Shown here piece after piece: positions 1 to 9,500 of a stretch of 32,000 bases of DNA (positions are counted from its first letter, which is position 1; each line of letters opens with the position of its first letter). The notes beneath the pieces are model-generated. The model saw only the letters and a program-made list of their open reading frames with translations, did no database searches and was not told the DNA's origin. Source of the DNA: Bacillus subtilis subsp. subtilis str. 168 (GTDB taxonomy: Bacteria; Bacillota; Bacilli; Bacillales; Bacillaceae); contig NC_000964.3 in NCBI RefSeq assembly GCF_000009045.1, forward strand, positions 4,020,001 through 4,052,000, in the 5' to 3' direction. Both the position numbers and the translations under genes were made by a program.

Positions 1-437
1 TCTTCACCAAACACAGTGATTGCACATTTCCACGGGTCTCCCAAAAGTCCCCAGGAGAAGTCCTGATGAAAAAAGAAATAATAGTCTCCATTTGGAAATA
101 CGGGAACAGGCCATTCGCCAAATTCATCCTTAGGCATTGCCTGATGAGGACTAAAGGTATATCCGTCATGCTGCCAATCTAGTGCGTACATTACATCGTT
201 CTTTCCAGTACCTAATTGAAATGCTTTTAAAATAGAAGTCTCTAAATCACTTAGCACTCCGCTCACATCATTATGACCAGCTTTACTGCTCATCGCGCTT
301 GAGATATCAAACACTCGATATGGATCAGGCGGGATGATGTGATGACATCTGCTTCCGGGCTTCCATTTTATGATCTTGTTCACTTCTGACCAGATGCGGT
401 CTTGTTTTGTCTGACTTAAAGCGCGCCAATTCATCAT
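1..437 (-). CDS. Partial CDS (3' end outside window), DUF2716-like small protein in the wapA-downstream cluster
   Basis: Manual translation from the ATG pair at 437/434 reads open to the window edge: MMNWRALSQTKQDRIWSEVNKIIKWKPGSRCHHIIPPDPYRVFDIS...FPNGDYYFFLHQDFSWGLLGDPWKCAITVFGE. Family is recalled from the W..L..........W and PPDPYRVFDIS pattern, not searched. Confidence 0.6.
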   Translation of the reverse strand, partial: MMNWRALSQTKQDRIWSEVNKIIKWKPGSRCHHIIPPDPYRVFDISSAMSSKAGHNDVSGVLSDLETSILKAFQLGTGKNDVMYALDWQHDGYTFSPHQAMPKDEFGEWPVPVFPNGDYYFFFHQDFSWGLLGDPWKCAITVFGE

Positions 438-454
438 AATCTCATCCCTACACC

Positions 455-1306
455 TTATTGGATATCCTGCTTATAAACACCAGAAGAGGCCACTGCGTAA
501 ACAGCGTAACTTGTCAGTTTCAGCTGTTGAACATCTAGGCCTTCACCGTTCGAATCACAGCATGTTATCTCTTCCATCTCTTGACTCACATCGGCAGAAA
601 TCAAATAAAGAGACGACTTAAGGTCTGCACTGTAACAATTGAACGTCCCAACCAAAAAACCTTCTTCGGATATCGCGAGCTGATCAAATGCTTCTGAGTC
701 CGGCTCTTTATCCGACAGAATCCACACCCGTCTCACGACCGTTTCATCAAATGCGGCAATGACTGCATCTCCGTAATACAGCATATAAATCAAGCCGTTT
801 TTTTCTGCAAGTCCATAACAATCATCTACAGCAGGCGCATCCATTTCTTCAAGCTTTCTATCAATGTGTATTTCCTTCTGCTGACCATCTAACGTAAAAC
901 ACCACACACTATGGCCGTTGGGATTCTCATCATGATAAATCCCTTCATCACATAAACCGACCCAAAGCTGTTGTTTCTAATCCAAAAGACAGCAGGAAAC
1001 CCCTGAAGGCAAGTGAAAAACACTTTTCACCCTTCCCTCTTCTGAAAAAACCTTTACCTTCGGCTCGTACGATTCGTAATAAACGAAGACATAGCCATCT
1101 GCACATTGTTGAAAGAGCAGAATATCACTGTATGAAATCTGCTCTTTCACTCTAAAATCCCGAACATCACCGGAAGGATCATAGATTGTAATGGTGATAC
1201 CACCTTTCAACCCTTTTCCAATGTAGACACGCCCCTGTGGATCAGCATGGAAAAAACAATCTTGGGTGTTCTCGTTGATGATTTTATTCAATTTTAATTT
1301 TTTCAT
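455..1306 (-). pseudogene. Uncharacterised ~283-codon gene split by an in-frame TAG at 977-979 (ORFs 977..1306 and 455..907)
   Basis: Both ORFs are in the same frame, separated by exactly 24 codons (stop plus 23 sense codons). The bridge reads ...SCCLLD*KQQLWVGLCDEGIYHDENPNGHS-VWCFTLDG..., which looks coding throughout. RBS-like AGGAG lies upstream of the ATG at 1306. Confidence 0.65.
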
Positions 1307-1428
1307 TGGTTATGCTCCTAGGTTCGAAATGAAATGATAAGAATAAACCATTTATTAGCTATTAGTAACGGACAACCTAGTTTCATTAATCGTTTTGGGA
1401 TAAATCTACTTTCCAATTCAGCCTTAAA

Positions 1429-1845
1429 TCATTTAGTGTTTAATTGGTATGCATAAAACGATTGATCATCAAAGCGAACTGTTTCAGCTTCTATAGCAAT
1501 CAGCATTCTGTTCATGTCAATAAGAAAGTTAGCATTTGATTGATACTCCGGAATTATAGAATTTGATAGATTCCCGATTCCTTCTGGATGATAACTCATC
1601 TCAAATACTTGCCAATTGTATTCTTCCGGATCTATTTTTTCCAATCTCATGTCGCCAACATCTGCACTATAATAAGCGGATGCCACATTTTGAAATGAAA
1701 TTTTATGCGTATATTCACCTTCATCTTCAAAAACCTTAATATCAAGTGAGAGTTCTTTTTTAAACACATTAAAATCTAAATGAAGGACACTGCACCCCTT
1801 ATCTATATAATCAACCCATTCATTAATCGTTTGATACATTGTCAT
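1429..1845 (-). CDS. Small uncharacterised protein (~138 aa), immunity-like, of the wapA-downstream yxi/yxz group
   Basis: ORF 1429..1920. Preferred start is the internal ATG (MTMYQTINEWVDYIDKG...) preceded by GAGGCAGGGG. Acidic, compact protein in tandem with other small ORFs. Confidence 0.6.
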   Translation of the reverse strand: MTMYQTINEWVDYIDKGCSVLHLDFNVFKKELSLDIKVFEDEGEYTHKISFQNVASAYYSADVGDMRLEKIDPEEYNWQVFEMSYHPEGIGNLSNSIIPEYQSNANFLIDMNRMLIAIEAETVRFDDQSFYAYQLNTK

Positions 1846-1895
1846 CCCCTGCCTCTTTTTAAACAATAACGCCTTGCCACCAAGCAGAAAACAAA

Positions 1896-2150
1896 TTACT
1901 CCGTATATTGTTTGATCCAATCATTTAAATCATCTGTTGAATGCAAATAAGTTTCTGATGAATCTTTCAAATCAATCCCACTTAGAAGGATTAACATATC
2001 CCAGACTCTATCGTCTTCTACTTCGGGGTCATCCGCATAAACATAAGTTCCAGCCCAATCCGACACTTCTTCTCTTGTTGTTTGTCCATTTAAGACACTT
2101 TTGATTTTATTTATGCATTCTATTAGATTTGTCTCGCTCAATTTGATCAC
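1896..2150 (-). CDS. Small acidic immunity-like protein (~84 aa)
   Basis: C-terminal part of ORF 1896..2264: VIKLSETNLIECINKIKSVLNGQTTREEVSDWAGTYVYADDPEVEDDRVWDMLILLSGIDLKDSSETYLHSTDDLNDWIKQYTE. This resembles short polymorphic-toxin-associated immunity-like proteins. The GTG start (2150 or 2153) is inferred; no strong RBS. Confidence 0.5.
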   Translation of the reverse strand: MIKLSETNLIECINKIKSVLNGQTTREEVSDWAGTYVYADDPEVEDDRVWDMLILLSGIDLKDSSETYLHSTDDLNDWIKQYTE

Positions 2151-2257
2151 CACGTATTCAAGTACTAAATGATTTTTTATTAGTATGCAAAGCACCGTAC
2201 TGATATTTAGATATTGAAGCTTTTTCCGTAAAAGATATGTTCCAAAAGGTTTCCAAT

Positions 2258-2728
2258 CTACCAATAAACAAGCTCACATCCGTATTCCGTGTGCAATATA
2301 CATAAACCAAACTGGCACTTAGGCTCAACCAAAATAAAACTATGATTGAGAATCCCTTCATCGAACTCAATACACTCCAATAAGCAGTCAAGGTGCTCGA
2401 GACATTTTCCAAAAGAACAAACTAACGCACCAATTTCGCTGCTGTATTGATGAAACAGCAGAACGTCCCGGTCATCGTAAGCAACATATGACTGAGATAT
2501 TTTCCAGATCAGCTGTTTCGCTTCCGTTTTTTCGAGGGCATCAACCTCACGGGTGTTGGCTGGTATTGAATTTGATAAAACCAGCTCAAGCAATTGCCTG
2601 CTTTGCGCCAGATCAGCAAAACGATAAGTGAAGCCTCTTTCTGCACAAGGGACTAGTTTTTCTTTGATTTCGCTCATCAATAAACGTCTTTTATTCTCGG
2701 CGAGTTTTTCGATCAATCTTTTTTGCAT
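2258..2728 (-). CDS. yxiF: Small uncharacterised protein, YxiF-like (~156 aa)
   Basis: ORF 2258..2752. The ATG at 2728 (MQKRLIEKLAENKRRLL...) has GGAGGG just upstream. Position relative to wapI fits yxiF; the symbol rests on synteny. Confidence 0.55.
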   Translation of the reverse strand: MQKRLIEKLAENKRRLLMSEIKEKLVPCAERGFTYRFADLAQSRQLLELVLSNSIPANTREVDALEKTEAKQLIWKISQSYVAYDDRDVLLFHQYSSEIGALVCSFGKCLEHLDCLLECIEFDEGILNHSFILVEPKCQFGLCILHTEYGCELVYW

Positions 2729-2821
2729 GAGCCGCATTCCCTCCGCTGTCAATTTCTCAACTTCTTTTAAATTGATTCATCATTCTCTTGTTTTCGTTGT
2801 CGTTCATGTTTAGATTTGTTC

Positions 2822-2855
2822 TAAAAAAGCTTGTATCGCTTATCGATACAAGCTT
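2822..2855 (-). terminator. Rho-independent terminator reading minus
   Basis: Perfect 12-bp stem AAGCTTGTATCG/CGATACAAGCTT (2827-2838 / 2844-2855), 5-nt loop, U-tract on the minus transcript. Confidence 0.85.
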
Positions 2856-2969
2856 TATCTTCAACTGCTTAAAACTCACCCAGTGGGCTTTTCACAAAAC
2901 GCTGGGAACCTTTTTGGCAAATCCTCTTCATCCCAATCAATTCTATATTTTTAGATTCTTTTGTCATAC

Positions 2970-3000
2970 AAATAAGAGAGGATGGTAACATCTCTTATTT
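2970..3000 (-). terminator. Candidate terminator downstream of wapI
   Basis: Perfect inverted repeat AAATAAGAGA...TCTCTTATTT with an 11-nt loop about 50 bp past the wapI stop; weak U-tract. Confidence 0.5.
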
Positions 3001-3053
3001 AATGTTCCATCAATAAATGCCCCATTTTTATCCAATGCAGAAATTATTTATAA

Positions 3054-3482
3054 TTAAGGAAGTTTAGAAGGATTTTTTGTATTTTCAAGATTTAATTTTA
3101 AAGCGGTCACAAAAGACTCTAGCTTTTCTTCATTACAATTAATTTCGAACAAGTTGGAGTTCGACTTACTTTCTTTATAATCATCAAATATAATTTTAAT
3201 CTTAATTCTGTAATTTCCGTTTTCTTGATCAATACTAAGAAATAAGAATGGTTCAATAGTCTCTAAACTGATACTGTCTTGATTTCCTTTTATCATAGTT
3301 TCGATCCCAGATATCAACACCTTATATTCACTTTCTAATAAAACAGCAGAAAAATCGCGAACGACGGCTTTCTTATTTTCCAACAATTCAAATACAGATA
3401 AAATAAATGGATCATCGTCCAACTCTTGATACCTTCTCGGTGTTAATTCAAGTTCTATACAATCATCTTTTATTTTGGCCAT
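3054..3482 (-). CDS. wapI: WapA immunity protein
   Basis: 142-aa ORF immediately downstream of the wapA stop (MAKIKDDCIELELTPRRYQELDDDPF...). Length and position fit YxxG/WapI. Confidence 0.85.
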   Translation of the reverse strand: MAKIKDDCIELELTPRRYQELDDDPFILSVFELLENKKAVVRDFSAVLLESEYKVLISGIETMIKGNQDSISLETIEPFLFLSIDQENGNYRIKIKIIFDDYKESKSNSNLFEINCNEEKLESFVTALKLNLENTKNPSKLP

Positions 3483-3543
3483 ATTTCCTCCTCATTTAAA
3501 GTTTAAGTGAGGGTAGTTGTCATCCCCCCCTCGCTTAACCTTA

Positions 3544-6500
3544 TTAACGCCTTCTCTTAGATTTATTTCCTTTTCCGTGTGTATGGAATACGTGTTTAGA
3601 ACCCTTAGCTCTTGAACTTCCATAAGCTGTGATTACTTTACCCCTTTTATTTAAAACAACTGTAGCTTTTTTTCCAACATATTTCGTTGCCCCATTAGGT
3701 TGTTTTATTACTTTTTTAGGGCTTCGCACAGCATTCAGTTTGGCCCTTAAATTGACTCCACGGCCTCCATTTCTTCCTATAGATTGATTAAGTCCATGTC
3801 TTGTATGACCTGTGATTTTAACTGCCTTCTTCGTAAACTTATAGGCGCGACTAGCACCCTTAAATATCTTCCCAGGACCAAAATTAGAAGCAGCTGCCCA
3901 AGCAGCACCTTTCCATCCTTTACCTGATTTATATGCCTTATATCCATCATAGGCTGCAAATCCGGCATTTACCACAAGCCATACCCAATGCCCGTCCGGA
4001 TCAACATTCATCACTGGGTTATTATTTCCATAAGCATACCCATTCTGATCCAATGAATCTCCGTCGCTGCCCGGGTCTGGGTCGAGCGATAGGAACACGC
4101 CGTTTCTTGGCTCGTAGTAGCGGGCCATGAGATAGTACAGGCCGGTTTCTTCGTCGTATTGGTAGCCTGCGTAGCGGTAGCGATTGTCTTTTACTTCGTC
4201 GCTTGCTTCGGTTTTTGTTGGATTTCCCCATGCGTCGTATTGATACTTGGCAACGGTTTTTCCAGTGCTGTCTGAGATCGCGATGATGTCGCCGTGAGCG
4301 TTGTAGTGATAGAAATATTTCTTACCATTTTCTGTGTAGGATAACAGCTGGCCGCTGTCTCCGTACGTGTATGATTTTGTGACGTTGTTGTCCGCGTCTG
4401 TTTCATACAAGACGTTCAAGCTGTCTCCGTCGTAGAAGTAGTTCGTGACTTTTCCGTTGACGGTTTTTTGGATTCTGTTTCCTTTTTCGTCATACTTATA
4501 TGTTGCGAATGGCTTGTCTTCGCCTTTTTTGGTAACGGCGGTCAGGTTATCTTCTGCATCCCACGTATATGTGAATTTGCCGTCGGATGTGCGGTTGCCG
4601 TTTTTATCGTAAGAGATGCTTTCATCATTGACTTTTGTCAGCTGGTTCATGATGTTGAAGGAAGCGTTCACCGTTTTGCTTGAGCCGTCTTTTATAGTTG
4701 TAACGGTTTTCCGGTTTCCGAATCCATCATATGTGTATTCAATAACAGTACCGTCTTCATGGGTTTCTTTGACAAGCTGATTCAGCTTCCCATACTCATA
4801 TTGCACCTTGCCGCTTGCTGAGCTGTTTATCGTTGTGCGGTTGCCGTTGGCATCATATTCATAGCTTTCCGTCAGAATGTCTCCGCCGTTTTTGTCACCG
4901 ATATGCAGCGAGCTTACAAGGTTTCTTTCGTCATATGAAAAACTTGTTCCGCCGCCGTTGCCCGTAATAAAGGTTTGGACGTTTCCATTTTCATCATAAT
5001 CAAATGAATATGAGGATGTACTGTCTTTCATCTCAATCATTTGATCCAGCTTGTTATACGTAAATTGATTCGTTCCTTTTTGGTCCCCATGAATCCACGA
5101 GAAGGTTTTCAGCTTATCGGAGTCACTAGGATATGTCCAAGTTTGGCTGCCGCCGCGGTCTGTCAGTTCGGTTAAACGGTTTTTGTTGTCAAATGTCCGT
5201 TTCTTTGTGGTGTTCTGCTCTTTATTGACGACCGACGTTTCATTTCCATTTTTGTCATACGTGAAAATGTACTTTTCTGTACCGTTATACGACTTTGATT
5301 TCACCCGGTCTGTTCCATCATAAGAAAGAGACACTTCGTTGCCATTTGGTGAAATGGTTTTGGTCAGGTTGCTGTTGGCATCATATTCGCTTGCTAACAC
5401 ATTGCCGAGAGGGTCAGTTGTTTTGACAAGCTTGCCCATGACATCATATTCGAATTTATAGGTTTGATCTGCTCCTGCCCGGATGGTTTTGCTTACCTCA
5501 TTGCCTTCCTTATCATAGCTGTGAAGGATAGACGTGCCGTTAGAGAGCGTCATGTTTGTCAATTGGTCTGCCTGATCATACGTATAGGTTGTTTTTTCAC
5601 CTTTTGCATCTGTTTCAGACGTTTTCTTACCAGTTTCATCGTAATCAGTTGAAGTGGCGTAACCTAGTTCGTCCTCTTCCTTGGTCACATAGTTGCCATT
5701 ACTGTCATACGTGCTTTTAGTCAGAAGGCTTCCTTCAATCAAACGGATATCATCAAACCAGACTGTGCCTGTCGCACTCTTTTGGAACAGAATACTGATA
5801 TCGACTTTATTGATCGGCTTTGTTTTAGGGATGACGACAGCTGCTCGGTTCCATTCCTGTGTTCCAGAAGGGAATTTCGCATTGTAGATGCCTGTGCTGC
5901 CGTCAGCGTAAGTGACATTCGCCTGCAGAGAATAGTCTTTTTCATCTGTAAATTTGACGCTGCTTGCTTTCGACATTCCTGTCAGTGTGAGATAAACCGG
6001 TTTGTCATTTGCGCTTTGCCCTAAGACAACGGTTTGTTTTGTTACTGATCCGGCTTGGGACGCACTGGTCCGGGCAGCTTTTAATGATACATCATCATTA
6101 AAGCCTTCTTCAGAATCAACGGATGCTCCGCTTACATTCCAGTTTTCCGTTGCTGATGTGAAGCTGCTGTTTTGAACTGGGTTATAGCTTGATGATACTT
6201 CGCCTTTTTCCAGCTGGACTTCATCAAACCATGCTTTTCCTTTGCCATCTTTATCTTTATGATCGACTTCCATATACACAACAGCTTTGCCTGCATTCGC
6301 TGGAGTCGTAAAAGTGATTTGCCGTTTTGTCCAGTCATTTTTTCCGGCTAATGCACTGTATTCATTGTGAATCCATTGAATTCGTTTTTGATCTTTGTCT
6401 CGCAAATCAATGTTAAAATAGGCTCTTGATTTCGCAAGATCTGTTTTGATTTTCCCGCTTAATGTATAGGTTGTATTCGGCTCCAGCTCAACTGTTTGTG

Positions 6501-9500
6501 TTGCTGACGAATACCCATGATCTGTTCCGGCAGACGTTGATTGGCTCAAGACCTCCAATGCCTTTGATCCGGAAAGAACTCCGCTTTTATCGGCGATGAC
6601 TGAAATTTTGCCGCTGTCTTTAGAGGCAGTCAGATTCCAGCCGGATTTTTGAGCTTCAAAGCTTCCATCTTTCAAAATATTAGTTGAAGCTGATAAATCT
6701 TTGCTCGATTGAATCTGGTTTCCATATTTATCATAAACAGCTGCTGACGATGATTTTCCGCTCTGATCGGTTTCGGATACAGCATCCAGTCCGTCATAAG
6801 CAATATCCGTGACATTGCCCTCGGTATCCTTCATCTTTGTGACATCGTTGTTTTTGTTGTATTCGTATGTCTCAGTTCCATATGCATCTTTAACCGACGT
6901 AACGTTGCCATCTTTGTCATATTGATAGCTTTCCGTTGCTTTTCCGGTGCCGACGTCATTTGGATCTACATCTTCTACAACATTGTTGCCTTCATACTTT
7001 GTATTCGTTGTAATTTTTAACCCTTCCGCATCATCAATGACCTGAATCGGATTTCCCGCTTCATTATAGCCATACTGTACTTTCCGGCCATTTGGCTGTG
7101 TCATGAGAAGCGTCTTTTTATCAGCATCATAGCTGTAGACATATGTTTCTTTTTTAGCGTTGATCGCTTTTTCGAGACGGTGACCGCTATACTGATATTC
7201 GGTAAAGACAGGCTTTGCTTCGGTACTGTTAGCTGAATATTGTTTGACAAGGCGCCCTTCACTATCGTAGTCATAGCTTGTGACAGTCCCGTCTGTATCT
7301 GTAACCTTCTTCAGCAAATCATTCTCATATGAGTAGGTGACTTTCTTATTCTTAGGTCCTGTGATGGACGTCACATGGCCGTTTTCATCATAGGTAAATG
7401 TAAGCTTGCGGCCTGATGCATCTGTAATGGCGGTCAGTTGATTTTTGTCATTGTAAGTATAGACAGTTGCATTGTTATGGCCATCCACTACCTTTTGGAG
7501 TTTGCCGCCTTTTTTATTGAAATAAGCGTTGGTTTGATCCTTTGTTTTTAATATGAACTGATCAGCTGTTTCTGTTAATTCAAGATATACACCGGTCGGC
7601 GGCTGATACGTGCCATCGGCTTTTTTCGTGAATCGATGTGTCGTAGCGTCTTCATCGATATACATTGCCCCGCCATCCGTTGAGATGACAGATGTTTCTG
7701 CATCAGCATACCAGCCTTGTCCAAATAAGTGATCAGAGCTGTCAAGACTGTTGTAGGTTCTCGATAAGCCAAGTCCCGGACCGCGTCCATCAATTGACAA
7801 ATCTTCTTCATTCACAATGACATTGCCTGTCGCACCATTTAACTGGCCGCTTGGGATATCAATGATAGACCAGTACTCTTCTGTACCTAGGAATTCTGCG
7901 CCTTCATGGAACGTTGGGTTAAAGGGCGCCGTTGGAATCGTTTCACCATTCGCATCATAGGCGACAAGCGTGAAAGAATAATTCTTCTTCCCTTTGTAAT
8001 TCCCATTTGCATTGTTATAGACAGGTGATGGATCGAGGGCTAATTCCCCGCCTTTTCCATCTGTATGAAGCTTATAGCTTCCGGCTTTGATTTCCTCAGA
8101 AGTCGGCCAGATGTTTTTATTTTGGGTTGTCCAATGATCAGCATCACCAACATCAAAGGACTGATATTCTTTACCGTTGTAAATGTTAACTTTATAGCCC
8201 TTCGCATTTTGAACCTTTTCCCATATCAAATTCACATAACCCGTTTGACTCGATTTTGTATTTGTATACAAATAGCCAGTTACATTCTTTGGCCTAGCGA
8301 TATCAGGAAGTGCCGGGGTAGCAGCCGGGGATGCAATGGCTTCGCCGTCTTTGTTGTATGCGATAATTTTAAACGAGTAATTTCTTTTGGCTCCATCTCC
8401 CCCGGCGTTTTTATAGGTTGGTCCGGGATTGATCGGCAGCTCTGCTCCGCTTCCGTCCTTTAGGTGAAGAGCATATTTTCCCGCCTTGATTTCTGCACTT
8501 GTCGGCCAGATCTTTTTCCCTTTTGTGGTCCAAGACGTCTGATTTCCGAGATCAAGTGTCTCAAAGCCTTTCCCATTGAACACCTGAACCTTATAGCCGG
8601 TTGCACCGGATACAGCTTTCCAAGAAAGGTCGAAGTATCCTGTGGCATTCCCATTATTGTAGCCCTTTGCTGACGGTGCTTGTGCTTTTCCTACATTAGG
8701 GATAACGGGCTTTGCCGGTGCGGACATCGCTCCTTCACCTTGGTCAAATATCGCACTGACGCCAATCCAATAGTTTTTGCTTGTAGCATAGCTTCCGCCG
8801 GAATTCTTATAGACCGGGGATGGATCTAATGCCAATTCAGCTCCATCCTTGCCGTCCAGATGCAGTTTATATCTCTTGGAGGCAATTTCTGCGCTCGTAG
8901 GCCAGATTTTTTTACCTTTTGTGCTCCACGACGTGACGTTGCCTGCAGAAATCGCTTGATATTCCTTACCATTGTAAATCCATACCTTATATCCTTTTGC
9001 GCCTTCAACCTTTTTCCAGCTGATATCGAAATAACCAGTGGAATCGCCGTTGTGATAGGCTTTGATTGTAGGTGTGTTTCCCTTTGGAATGGTATACGTC
9101 ACTTCAATATATGGTTTATTGGCGGAGTTCGCTGAAGAAATTAGTTTTTTCCAATATTCCTTGCCGTTTCCGTTTGTATGAAGCTTAAATCCATAGTTGG
9201 CCCCGCCGGAGTTCCATGACTTTACAGCAGCGGTCACATCATAACTCGCCCACTGTCCTTTATGGACGTCGGCTTTTCCGATATTTTTAGATGCCGGTTT
9301 GGTGTTCCATGTCACTTTTGCATTATCATAATTGCTGTTGACCGTATCCAGCCAAAGGCCGGTTGCCTTTGTTCCATAATAGGAATGGGCTACGTATGTT
9401 TTTAATGTAGCTTTAGTGACAGTCATATTTTGAATTGGCTTTAGGTTGTTAAATTTCATGAACGCATAGTTTGTGCCTGTTGTTTTGTCATAATAGCCCG

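Noticed and set aside
2158-2412. 84-aa minus ORF overlapping yxiF
   Set aside because: Overlaps the 3' part of a better-supported ORF in another frame, with no convincing RBS and an atypical hydrophobic composition.
2788-2988. 66-aa plus-strand ORF
   Set aside because: Runs antisense through the perfect terminator hairpin and the coding remnant; likely chance.
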